Made by a program: the position numbers and the translations under genes. The notes under the pieces were generated by a model. The model saw nothing but the letters and a program-made list of their open reading frames with translations, did no database searches and had not been told where the DNA came from. From NCBI RefSeq assembly GCF_963921235.1, contig NC_086108.1, forward strand, positions 27,654,001 through 27,718,000: a stretch of DNA of 64,000 nucleotides. Direction: 5' to 3'. Positions within the stretch are counted from its first letter, which is position 1. The number at the start of each line of letters is the position of its first letter. The stretch is from Mobula hypostoma (Eukaryota). Positions 23,870 to 36,360 of this stretch are shown here, piece by piece.

Positions 23870-26468
23870 GTGCAGTCAGGAAGACAAAATGAGAAAACTC
23901 ACAGAAAATTTATTGACACATTTTTAACACTAGTTACACGCTGTGCACGTGGCAAGGTACACAAACCAAAACAGATTCCAGGTGCACCTTGTGCGTCAAT
24001 GACAGTCATGCCTCTCTTCCTGATAACTGATTGCCTTCTATTGCACAGTTTGACGCAATGAATGATGTGACGTTAAGACAAGCCCACTCTCTCGCTGAGG
24101 TGCGAGCACCCTGTCTGGCCACAGCGAAGGTGAGGAAGAATCCTAGCCAGGGTAAACCTACACAAAACTGTGGGGCCAGACAATATATTGTACCTGGTTG
24201 GGTGCTGAGGGATTGTGCGGCTCAGCTAACAGAGAGCTTAACAGACCTCTTTAATATCTCTTTGCAACAGTCCACTACCCCTGCAGGTTTCAAAGCAGCC
24301 ACCATCATTCCAGTGCCCAAGAGAGCAACAGTAACTTGCCTAAATAATGACCGCCCAGTGGCACTGACATCAAAAATCATGAGGTGCTTTGAGCGGCTGG
24401 TAATGGATCGTATAAAATGCCACCTTCAATGATTCAAAGTACATTTATTAGCAAAGAATATATAAATTATACAATTTTGAGATTGTCTGCTTACAGACAA
24501 TCACAAAGCAAGAAACTCGAAAAAACCCAATTAAAAATAAAGGCTAATTTCCAGAGAAAGAGAAAAAAACACAAATCATGCAAACAATAGAAGCAAGCAA
24601 CAACACTCCAAACCAAATTGCGTCCATAGACCCAAATCCCCAGAGCAGCTGCAGTAGGCCCAAAGCCTCAGCTTCAAGTTCATCATATAGCAAGCTCACC
24701 GACATGAAGCACATAGCAGCCGGAGCAGTCTCACAGACTCGGAGCCGCTGAGTGAGGAGTGAACATCACAGGAGAGCGAGCAAAATCAGCCCGACCCTTG
24801 CCTCCAGTCCCAACACCATGCCCTCCCAGTCTGTCTGGGCCAGCATCCCTCACACTATGACGCAGGACCCGCCACAGTGATATGCTCTGGGCCTAGACTT
24901 CACGGCCCAACCCGGTTTAGGTGGACGGACATTGAAGCTGCTTCACTTTGCCTCCTGTCTGAATAGTTTGCTACAGCTACAGCTCCATCTGTGACCCTGT
25001 CACCGTCACTGACTCCGAAACCGTCCTGAGCCCATTATGCTGCGACTTTGCAACACACCAGCTCAGCTCATTCCTCAAGTCAGCTTCACCTTTGCTTGCC
25101 TCTTCATTGCTTGTGGTGATAGTTTACCACATTTTACCTAAACAAAAACGTTACTAATGATGTTTTTAGTCATTTTTCTTGCTTTTTGAACTGCCAGTAA
25201 GCTGTCGCCTAACTTCAGTAGCGCCATCTTAAATGAGAACCTCCCAGCTACATTGGACCCTTTCCAGTTCAAACAAGTCCACTGATGATGCCATCCAATC
25301 TGTCTTGTCCCACCTAGAAAATAATACTTTGTATACCAGGTAAGGTTCTCGTTGGGACTCAACACCCCTCTCTGTAACTGGATCTTTGAGTTCCTGACAT
25401 AAAGACCCCACTCAGTCCGAGTTAGCAGCAAGTTCTCAAACTCTATCACACTGAGCATTGGTGCCCCTCGGGCTGTGTGCTTAACCCATGACTGTTCATG
25501 CTGTTGACTCATGACTGTATTCCCAGATCCTGCTCAAATCTCATCAAGTTGATGATACAGCAGTGATTGGCCTCATCAGCAGCAATGCATACAGAGAAGA
25601 GGCAGAGAGTCTTATCATATGGTGTGAGAACAACAACCTGAGCCTCAACATGGAGAAGACAAAAGAGACGACTGTGGACTTCGGGAAGGTGCAGGCTGAC
25701 CACTTTACTTCGCACACCAATGACTCTGCCATGGCGAGAGTGAAGAGCACCAAGTTCCTTGGTGTGCACATTACAGAGGATCTAATCTAGAACCACAACA
25801 GCTCCTCAGCAGTCAAGAAGGCACAGCAACATCTACACTTTCTCAGGAGATTGAGGCTAAGGCTCCCTTCCTCCATTCTACCAACTTTCTACAGGAGCAC
25901 CATCAAGAGTGGTTTGTCTGGCTGCAATATTTGTGGTACGGAAGCTGCAAGGCATCAGACTATGGGTAGTAAAAGCAGCTGAAAGAATCAATGGGTTTTC
26001 CCCTCCTCTCACCCCCCCCACCCCATGTGTGACATTTACGGGGAGCTGTGTATACAAAGGCCCCAAAGCATTGTTGAGGATCCTTATCACCCATCACACA
26101 ATCTTTTTGACCCACTGTCATTAAGAAAGGAGGAACAGCAACATTCAAAACTTGGGAGTGCCAGACTGGGTAATAGCTTCTTCCCTCAGGCTGTGAGACT
26201 AATGAATACCCCACAACCACCGAGGTCTCGTCACTAGGACAGCAAGCTGGTTACTATTTATGGTATTGTTTACTGTTTACTGTTTACTTGTGCTGCATGC
26301 TGTATGTACTTAGAATTAAATTTGATTAACTTAGTTTGATAATGTTTTATTATACGGGCTGTGTGTGATATATGCCTTGTGGGTGCACCGTGGTCGGGAG
26401 GAACATTGTTCCACTTGGTTGTATATGTGTACAGGCAGATGACAATAAACTTGAAATTGATTTGAAAC
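23870..26468 (+). mobile_element. Degenerate Rex1-like LINE, interrupted at 24428-25237 and lying within old CR1 sequence (~23740-27200)
   Basis: VLRDCAAQL...IIPVPK...RPVALTSKIMRCFERLV; DDTAVIGLI...WCENNNLSLNMEKTKE...KFLGVHIT; HPSHNLF; tail AATAAACTTGAAATTGA. Confidence 0.85.
24428..25237 (-). mobile_element. Unclassified ~810-bp non-coding retroposon inserted in Rex1
   Basis: Splits the Rex1 frame (KCHL | LPATLDPFQF); possible TSD ACCT; minus strand starts near AAGATGGCG and ends AATAAATGTACTTTGAATCATTG. Confidence 0.7.
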
Positions 26469-27883
26469 CTCCCAGGAGAGATGCTGCAGGACTGAAGACC
26501 ATTAATCTTGTGTCATTGTTTAAAAAGAGAGGAAGTGACTTATTTACTGGTTAACCTTCTAAAGTGATTAACTTCCTGAGGAAAAGACATCCAGTGTAAC
26601 ACAAAATAATCGTGAAAAATCAGCATTAGCTTGTAAAGGGAAGGTTCATATCTGAATAATGATTGTATTTTTTGAAGTAGGAACAAGGACAGTGTGTTTG
26701 ATGTAGTCTATGCGGAATTTAACAGTCTTTGGACAAATTTGTATATGGTAGGCTGGAAAAATGGTAAAATATTTTGATATCCAAGGCAGTGTGACAAAAT
26801 ACATCCAAAATTGGCTAGTGTCAGGAAGTAATGGATAATAGTCAAGGGTTTTATTATTGGAAGGTGTTACCAGAGAGTTTCCACAGGAATCAGTGCAGAG
26901 GGGAGAAATAATTGAGCAGTATATGAGGGAATCATATAAAACAAATTAGAAGGACTAATTTTCCCAGCAGAATCCAAGGCTATAAATTTAAACTATTTAA
27001 TAGAATGAGGAAAGGAGAGAGCGTGAAGGAGTTATTCACCCAGAGGGTGAATTCACTGCTTAAAAGGGTGGTGGAATCAAAAGTCATCATCTCAATGAAA
27101 CAGTGCACATACTTGAAAAGCTATGATTTGCAGTACTACAGGACTGAAGAATGAGTTAACTCTGTTTGACCTATCAAACATGATGGGCTGAGTGGCCTGC
27201 TTCAGTATCAGATATTTTTCCCCAAAATGTCACAACTTTCATTGTAATAAATACTTTGAAATGTCATTAACTGTGAAGAACTATAAGACAGGATCATTGT
27301 GATTACAAGAACCCAGCTGCTTCCTCTTAAAAGCAGCATGAGCAAGTCTCATCCGTTGCTCGTTGTGGCAGATGGCTGAATATTTTTGGTACTACTACAA
27401 CTCTTTCAATTTGCCAGTGGTTTCTTGAATGTATCTCCAAAACGCTTGCATTTTTCCGGCAGCCAATTTGCATCGACAGAGGAAGCTCTGCACAGGTAGG
27501 GGCAACTGATTTAAAAAGCAGCATTCGTGGGCTTTTGGCATTTCCCGGCAGCCCAATCGAACTGACAGAGAAGGCTTCACATAAGCAGGTGTGAGCAATT
27601 TAAAAAGTAGTGTTCACAGAATTTTGGCTTTTTCTAACAGGCCAATTGTATCGTGATTCATTAGCAAGGGCAAATAAAAATAAGGTAGGGACAGGCTGAG
27701 CGGCCTTTGTTGTAATGGACCAGTGTTAGACTGGGGAGGCTTAGGCTTACAGGAATGGACAAGGTAAGTTTCTGGTAAGTTTCTTCTTTATTCTTCAGCT
27801 GTTAGTGCATAGATAGTGCCATGAGAATTGCTCAAAGGTCTGTGTGTGTTCTTTGTGTGAAATTTGGGAATTCCTCCAAGAAA

Positions 27884-28117
27884 TTTGTGTTGGGCACGTG
27901 GCCAAGTGGTTAAGTTGTTTGTCTAGTTACCTCAAGGTCGCTAGTTCGAGCCTCAGCTGTGGCAGCATGTTTGTGCCCTTGAGCAAGGCACTTAATCACA
28001 CATTGCTTTAGTCTGTGCGAGGAGTGGCGCCCCACACAGATTTGCAATCTGCGTCTTGTAAGGCATGAAAATGCCCGACACAGGCCTCTCATGGTCTGAG
28101 TTAATGTTCCCAACCCC
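27884..28117 (+). mobile_element. tRNA-derived SINE with CORE-like domain
   Basis: A-box TGGCCAAGTGG, B-box GTTCGAGCC, CCTTGAGCAAGGCACTTAA; TSD CCAAGAAA at 27876-27883 and 28118-28125. Confidence 0.8.
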
Positions 28118-28577
28118 CCAAGAAAACTACATCTGCAAAACATGTACCAAGCTGCAGCTCGTCAGGGGAACTGGAGCTGCAGCTCATTGACCTTTGGCTC
28201 ATACAGGAAACTGAGGAGGTGATAAAAAGGAGCTACAGGGAAGTAGTCAACCGTAAATTACAGGAGGCAGGTACCTAGGAGACTGTCAGGAGAGGGAAAG
28301 GAAATGGACAGTCAGTGCAGAGTACAGTACTTCATAGGCATTCCCCTCAATAATAAATGTATTATTATTGATTTTACACCACATTGGAGACTGTTGAGGG
28401 GGCCAACTTACTGGGTTGGGAGGGCAGAGAACAGTGATCAAGTCTCTGATATTGAGTCTGGTGGTGTGGCTTCGAAGGGAAGTGGGGAGAAGAGGATAGT
28501 AGTAGTGATAGCGGATTCCATAGTTAGAGGAGTAGGCACAAGATTCTGCGGATGTGAAAGAGACACCAGATGATATG

Positions 28578-31500
28578 TGTCACCGGGTTCAGATATGGCC
28601 CAAGTGTGGAGTGAGAGACACAGTAGCGGGTTGATAGTTCACAAAACTTTAAGGCGAACAGTGTTGAATAAAACAACAAACGCTAGGCCAAACAAGGCCA
28701 TTAACTAAATCTTTCAAACGGGAAACAAAGCCTACACTGCTGCTGAAAAGGACATCTAAATTTTAAACAAATACCGTTAGTCTTCAGCGTCAGTTGGCTG
28801 GTCAGTCCAATTTCTCAGGCAAGGCAGATGCAAACAGGCAGCGAAGCGTTGCTGTACTCTGTCCACGTCTCGACAAACATTATGACAAGTATGGAATTAA
28901 ATACTATCTCGATTAAATAATAATTAGCTGACACGTGCATATTCACAAGTGCAAATACCGTATCTACTGCGCTGCTGAATCCGTGGTTGTGAAAGGGCCC
29001 CCCTTCTCTAGGTTGAGGCGCCACGGACCTGTGTCCACTGGAAGTCCCAGATCAGTGACTTGTCCAAGATGTCCTTCACTGGGATCCAAGTACGTTCTTC
29101 TGGGCCATACCCTTGCCAGTCCACAAGATACTGGACCTTACCACATACCCAGCGAGATGCCAGGAAGTGCCGCACAGTATAGACAAGGGAACCATCTACC
29201 AGGCAGGGAGGAGGGGGATTTGGGGTGACTAGGGCCAGGGGAGAGGTAGTAACCGGCTTGAGCTGGGAAACATGGAATACTAGGTGGATTTTCAGTGATG
29301 CTGGTAGACTCCCAAGTCCATTGAATTCCCGGATGTCCAGCCAGACGGGTGGAGTGACCCCATTCCGACACTTTGGAACACACCTCAGCAGGGACAAACA
29401 GCCAGTTGGGAGGTTCCCCATCTGGGCCTGGATCTGATTATTGGGCGGCCCTCACCTCTGCCTCTGCTCCCCAGATCACCGGAGCAGCAATACACGAGCA
29501 AGAAAGAATGGGCTCTGAATGTGCACCATCCTCAGATCTGTTGAACTGCCAGAAGAGAGCAGCGGCTTTGTATTCTTGCTGCTGGGACGATAAGTGAGGA
29601 TGAAATTGAACTGTGTGAAGAAGAGAGCCCACCAGGCTTGACGAGAGTTGAGTCTCTAAGCACCCTGAAAATAGGAGAGGTTCTTGTCATCTGTCCAGAC
29701 CAAGAATGGATGCTCTGCCCCCTCCAGCCAGTGTCGCCAATCCTCCAGGGCCTCTTTGACGGCCAGAATCTCCTGGTTCCCAACATCATAACTCCTCTCA
29801 GCCAGAGTCAAATGACGGGAAAGAAAGGCGCAGGGGTGCAGCCGACTATCCACAGATGAGCGCTGAGAGAGGACATCTCCAATGCCTACGTCGGATGCAT
29901 CAACCTTGACAATGAATGGCTGAGATGGGTCTGAGTATTGCAGCAGCAGGGCAGTGGTGAAACATTGCTTTAGCTCTGAAAATATTTGGTCAGCTTTGTT
30001 CGACCAATGGAATCCTGTCAATATCTTCTTGGTGAGTGCATTAATTGGAGCTGTGATAGAGCCGAAATTCCGGATAAAAGTTCACAAACCCCATGAAGCG
30101 TCGCACCAGTTTACTGTAGACAGTTTGGGCCACTCTGCAACTGCCTGAACTTTACTAGGGTCAATTTGAACATTGGATGTGTCAAGTATATGGCCCAAAA
30201 ATTACACCTGGTCTTTATGGATTTCATATTTTTCAGGCTTGGCGTGCAGGTCATTTTCAAGGCGGCTGAGTACTCTCTGGACATGCTCCTGATAAGAGTG
30301 GGAATAGATGAGGATGTCATCTAAATACACAAACACAAACTGGTTCAACATGTCCCTGAGCACATCACTAACCAAGGCCACCAGGTATTCACAGTGGCCA
30401 TTAGAGATGTTGAAAGCCATTTTCCGCATATCCCTTTCTCTTATGCGAAACAGATTGTATAACCATTGCACAGGTCAATTTTGGAAAATATTGTTGCTCC
30501 CTGGAGATGTTCAAATGCAGACGCCAGCAAGGGAAGAGAGTAGCAGTTCTTCACCTTGATGTTGTTCAGGGGCCGATAATCAATGCAGGGATGGAAATTG
30601 CCACCTTTCTTGCTCATAAAAAGGAAACCCGCTCCTGCTAGCCAGGTTGATGGACGTATAAACCCCATGTTCAATAGTGCCTTAATATATTCCTCCATGG
30701 CCACCATTTCAGGACAAGAGAGGGAAAAGAGCCGACCCTGAGGAGGACTAGTGCCAGGTAGGAGGTCTATGGCATAGTTGTATGGCCGGTGTGGGGGCAG
30801 GGTGGTGGCCTCTCTTTTACTGAAAACCTCAAGGAGATCCGCGTATTCAGCCAGAATCCCAGACAGGTCCACATCCTTAGCTGACACAGGAGGGGATTCA
30901 TAGAATGGAACTTGAGTTGGACGCAGACAAGTAAACAGGCATGCCGGTCTCCACTCTTGGAGTACCTTCAGAGACCAATCCATCCCTGGGTTATGTGGGG
31001 ATAACGGGGGAGACCAGGTACCACTGGCAGTTCAGGTGAATTAACCAGATAGAAAGATAGTTCTTCATGATGGTTGCCTGCAAGCACGAGTTGGAGGGGT
31101 TGGGTGGAAAGGTGGATATGGCCAATTCCCAGAGGTCGACTGTCCAGCGCCTTGACTTTGATCTTTTCTCTTAATTCCTTAGTTGGAACTCCCCATCTTT
31201 GAGCAAGAGAGATGTCCATAAGATTCCTGGCTGCACCAGAGTCAGAGCCTTAAGTTCATGAGTCTGAGACCTCCACGACAAGGAAGCTGCCAGCATTACA
31301 GAATTAGGGGAAGCTGACTGAAGGGAGAACCGACCCATCAGGATTCCCCTCTCGTTTACTGGATGCTTGGAACATGCTGCCCGGAAGTGTCCTGAATCAC
31401 CATGGTAGAAGCAGGAATCTGTTCTCCAGTGCCGCTCTTGTTCCTCCCAAAACAGGCACCTGCTCCCCACTTGCATAGGCTCCTCCATGGGCTGGGTGCT

Positions 31501-32981
31501 GGGTGGTGAGGGCGAGGAAAGATGGTGATCACGTGAAGGAGGGGGACAAGTAAAGACAGTGATCAGGCGGCATGTAGGAAGTTTGAAACATTCTTTCCCT
31601 GTGCCACTCAGTCACCAGGTCATCAACTCGAATAGCCAGATTAATCAGGTCATCCAGACTATCTGCTCATCCTGGACAGTGATCTTATGCTGGACCCCTG
31701 CGTACAGCCCATGCTGGAAGGCAGTGATGAGAGAGCTGTCTCTACTGCAAAGGTATGGAATTTAACTACATAAGCTTTCACTGTTCCTCTGCCTTGGCAC
31801 AGGTCCAAGAGTCGGTGTGCAGCCTCCTGACGCCGTAGCGGAAGATCAAAAACCCTACTTAACTCTGCCGCAAACTGTCGAAACAACTGGACTGTGGGGT
31901 ATCCTTGCTCCCGTAAAGCGTTGAACAGGCTGAGTGGAGGTCCATCAAGAAGATTGACCATGTACGCCAGTTTTCACATCATCACCAAAATGACCAGGCT
32001 GGGCTTGGAATGTCAGCTCGCACTGGGTAATAAAGCTCCATCAAGATCACCAGAATATCTGCCTGGAGGTGGAATACTCGGTTCTTGTACGGACGCGGGT
32101 GTCTGTGGGGGTCCGAATGTAGGGGTCAGCTCTGGTCCAGCCGTGGGAGCAGTAGTTGCAGAGATTGTCGGGGCAGCAGAAAAGGAGGACCTGTGAGATG
32201 CTGGGAGTGGGACTGAGGCTGCTGAATTGCATTGGCAAGAACATTGATGGCTGTCAGCTGATGCTGGCTGTTCACAGTAAGTTCGTGGATGGCTGCCGTG
32301 AGTGTGGAAATCACAGACACCTGAGTCTGATTGTCTGCGGTGGGCTGTTGAACAGTTGCAGCTAGAGACGATACCTGTTCCTCCAAGTGAAACTGGGTTT
32401 GTCGACACGAGATTATTTGCCTCAGTGTCTCCGTCACTTCACTGAGAACAGATTCCATTGCTTGTTGTTTGTCTCCTACCTGACCAATGAATCTCACAGC
32501 CAAGGTCAGCTGCCCGCTCTCTGCTGCGTCCGTCTTTGGGTGTTCAAGACTTGCTCTCACTGGGTTCGGATATGGCCCAAGTGTGGAGTGAGAGGTACTG
32601 AAGCAGGTTGCTAGTTCACAAAACTTTAATGCTAATAGTGTTAAAGGGAAAATAAAACAGTAAACGCTTGGCCAAACAGGGCTGTTAACTAAAGCTCTCA
32701 AACAGGAAACGAAGCCTACACTGCGGCTGAAAGGAACATCTAAATATTAAACGAATGCCGCTAGTCTTCTGAGTTAGTTGGCTCGACAGTCCAATTTCTC
32801 AGGCAAGGCCGATGCAAAAAGGCAGTGAAGTGTTGCTGTGCTCTGTCCATGTCTCGACAAGCACTACGACGACAAGTATGCAATTAAATACTATCATGAT
32901 TAAATAATAATTAGCTGACATGTGCATATTCACAAGCTCAATTGCCATATCTACTGCGCTGCCAAATCCGTGGTTGTGACA
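28578..32981 (-). mobile_element. Ty3/Gypsy chromovirus (sushi-like) LTR retrotransposon, decayed, integrase core deleted
   Basis: LTRs 28578-28994 and 32555-32981; TSD ATATG/GTATG; PPT TAGAGAAGGGGG; degenerate gag knuckle [27 protein letters not shown]; RNase [10 protein letters not shown]...WRHWLEGA; chromodomain YLVDWQGYGPEERTWIP. Confidence 0.95.
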
Positions 32982-33253
32982 GTATGTTCCCTCCCAGGTA
33001 CCAGGATTAGGGATATCTCAGATTGGGTCCACAGCATTCTAAAGGGGAAAGGTGAGTTACCATAATTCCTGATATTGCAGATATTGGCACCAATGACATA
33101 GGAAGGATAAGGGACAAATTCCTGAAGAGAGAATTTTGTGAGTTAGGCAGAAAGCTGAAAAGCAGGACTTCCAGGATAGTAATCTTTGGCTTGCTGCATG
33201 TGCCACGTGCCAGTGAGGTTACAAATAGGATGAGTTGGCAGATTAATGCATCG

Positions 33254-33882
33254 TTGTCCGCCAGAGAAAGCAGGATCTCCCAGTGGCCACACATTTTAAT
33301 TCCACATCCCATTCCCATTCTGATATGTCTATCCACGGCCTTCTCTACTGCAAAGATGAAGCTACACTCAGGTTGGAGGAACAACACCTTATATACCATC
33401 TGGGTAGCCTCCAACCTGATGGCATGAACATTGACTTCTCAAACTTCCACTAATGCCCCACCTCCCCCTCGTATCCCATCCGTTATTTATTTATTTATAC
33501 ACACCCATTCTTTCTCTCTCTCTCCTTTTTCTCCCTCTGTCCCTCTGACTATACCCCTTGCCCATCCTCTGGGTTTCCCCCCCCCCCTTTTCTTTCACCC
33601 TAGGCCTCCTGTCCCATGATCCTCTCATATCCCTTTTGCCAATCACCTGTCCAGCTCTTGGCTCCATCCCTCCCCCTCCTGTCTTCTCCTATCATTTTTG
33701 ATCTCCCCCTCCCCCTCCCACTTTCAAATCTCTTACTAGCTCTTCTTTCAGTTAGTCCTGACAAAGGGTCTCGGCCCGAAACGCCGACTGTACCTCTTCC
33801 TAGAAATGCTGCCTGGCCTGCTGCATTCACCAGCAACTTTGATGTATGTTGCTTGAATTTCCAGCATCTGCAGAGTTCCTCG
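33254..33882 (+). mobile_element. Penelope-like element 3' fragment (GIY-YIG C-terminus + terminal repeat)
   Basis: Highly similar to the reverse complement of 48989-49575 (RQRKQDLPVATHFNS); carries a mutated hammerhead motif at 33754-33789. Confidence 0.9.
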
Positions 33883-34263
33883 TGGTTAAGGAACTGGTGC
33901 AGGGTTCAAGCTTCAGATTTCTGGATCTTTGGAATGTCTTCTGGGGAAGGTACGAGCTATACAAAAGGGACTGAGAGTGACTTGCAGGCAGGTTTGCTGG
34001 AGCTATTGTGGAGGACTTAAATTAATCTGGCAGGTATGGGATAGGGTTTGAGGATAGTGTAGTTGGTATACGAGCAGGTGCAGAGTTCAGTGAGACTGTC
34101 AGCAAGTACAGGCAGATGAAAGAGAAAAGTTGCAGTCAGTGGGATTTGCAGTGTAACATGAGAACAAAATCAAAAAGGGTGACAAATACATAACTAAACG
34201 GATTATATTTGAGTGCATATGAATGCATATTTGAATAAGGTAGATGTTCTTGTAGCACAGTTA

Positions 34264-34403
34264 GATAGATTGATACTTTATTGATCCCAAAGGAAGCTAT
34301 AGTGTCACAGTAGCATTACAAGTATACAGATATACAAACATTAGGAGAGAAATAAGAAAGAATAACACACAGATATACAAATATTAGAAGAGAAGTAAGG
34401 AAG
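34264..34403 (-). mobile_element. Short Rex1-type 3' tail insertion (similar to 16863-16980)
   Basis: GATAGATTGATACTTTATTGATCCCAAAGGAAG...GTCACAGTAGCATTACAA interrupts the CR1 APE frame. Confidence 0.6.
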
Positions 34404-35170
34404 AGATTGGCAAATATGACATTATGGGCATCACTGAGTCATGGCAGAAAGAAGATTATAGATGGGAGCTTAAAATCCAAGGATACATATTACATTGAAA
34501 GGAAATGCAGGTAGGCAGAGGGGCTGATGTGGACCTATTGGTAAAGAATGGAATCAATTCCTTATAAAGAGGTGACATAGGATGTGAAGATGTAGAGTCC
34601 TTGTAGGTAGAGTTAAGAAACTGCAAGGGGAAAATGACCCTGATGGGAGTTATATACGTGCCTCCAAACAACAGCCAGGATGTCTGGTACAAATTAAAAT
34701 GGGAGATAGAAGAGGCTTGTCAAAACAGCAATGTTCTGTAGATATGGGGCATTTCAATATGTACATAGATTGGGAAAATTAGATCAGTCCTGGATCCCAA
34801 CAGAGGTTTAGAATGCCTATGAGATGGCTTTTAAGAGCAGCTTGTGTTTGAGCCCACAAAGGGATCAGCTATTCTGGGTGTGGTGTTGTGTAAGGAACCA
34901 GATTTGATTAGGGAGCTTAAGGTAAAGGATCCCTTCAGGAGTCCATGATTGTGATAAGATAAAATTCACCCTGCAATTTGAGAGGAAGAAGCTAAAGTCA
35001 AATGTATCATTATTACAGTGGAGTAAAAGGAATTACAAAGGCATGAGAGAGGAGCTGGCCAAAGATGATTGGAAGGGAACACTAGCAGTGATGATGGCTG
35101 AAATTTCTGGGAACAATTTAGAATGCACAGGATAGATACAATCAGAAGAAGAAGTGTTCTAAAGACAACT

Positions 35171-36360
35171 TGTTACAAGGGGGCGCTGGTAGCAGACCCA
35201 AATGCAAAACACAAACACTGAAGTACTAGGAACAGGACAAGGGGAGTAAGGAAGAAACATCGCCAGACATGGACACAGGCCCTGGATGAGACAAGGACAC
35301 TGGGCCTGTGCTAGGACTTGGACTAAAGACATGGGACCCATACGGGGAACTAGGAACAACGAGCTTGGGCTAGGAACACGGAACTCCGAAACCAGAGCCT
35401 GGACAAGGACCCGGAATCTGGGTCTTGGTTGGGACTCAGAACCTGGGTCCTGACTCGGAACCGGAACCCTAGTCTAGGCTAGGATTCAGGACTAGGATCT
35501 TGGCAAGGACAGGACATGGCTACAGGACAGGACGAGGTGCTCCAGCACAGGATGAGGTACCCCAACACCGGGCTGGGCAAGGAACTCCTGGGCTGAGCGA
35601 GGCACCGGAACTAGATGAGGACACGAAGCTCAGATTTGGACAGGGCTGGAACATGATGCCTGGACTTGGTCTTGGAACACAGGAACACAGAGCCTTGGAC
35701 TTGGACTGGACGCTCAGAGCCTTGGACAGGACAAGGTACTCCAGGGCAGGACGAGGCTCTTGGACTAGGTTTGGCCTGGCTCTTGGACTCCGCTTGGTTA
35801 GTCTCTTGGGTACGGAGATGGGACTCCTCCTTGAAGCACAGAGCCGGGACCCTTTCTAGGTTACAGGGCCGAGATGACTGCCAAGGACACTTGCCAAGGT
35901 AAACTACTGAAAGATTCCTGGACTGGACGAGAACACAAAGCCTTGACTTGGACAGGACTGGAACACGGCGCCTGGAACTTGGAACACAGGAACACAGAAC
36001 ACAGAGCCGGGACCCCTCCTGGGAACAGGACTTGGGCTGGGATTCTTCTTTGATATGGACACTAAACACGGGGACACAAAGAGATAGTTCCAAACTCAAC
36101 AATAGATAGTTCCTTATCTTGGCGTGACAAGGCTCTGGTCTCACTCCAGCAGTTTAACTTGACAGGGCTTCAGAAGGAAGGGAAAGGGAACAGTCCAGCA
36201 GGGAATCCTTGGTTTGAGAGGTAAATATGTGCCAACAAAAAACAAGAATCAGGTGCCTCAATTAAGGCACCCAATGGAACAAGGGAAAACAGGAAAACCT
36301 GGAATAAGGAATAGGCGGACTGTGAACCGGAATGCAGACTTCACGGACCAGACCACGACA
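35171..36360. mobile_element. Probable solo LTR (1190 bp)
   Basis: TG...CA termini, perfect 5-bp TSD CAACT (35166-35170, 36361-36365), no coding remnant, many GGACT/GGAACACA micro-repeats. Confidence 0.8.

Noticed and set aside
27890..27965. Functional tRNA gene
   Set aside because: A and B boxes are present, but they continue into a SINE body flanked by a TSD, and I could not fold a convincing cloverleaf.
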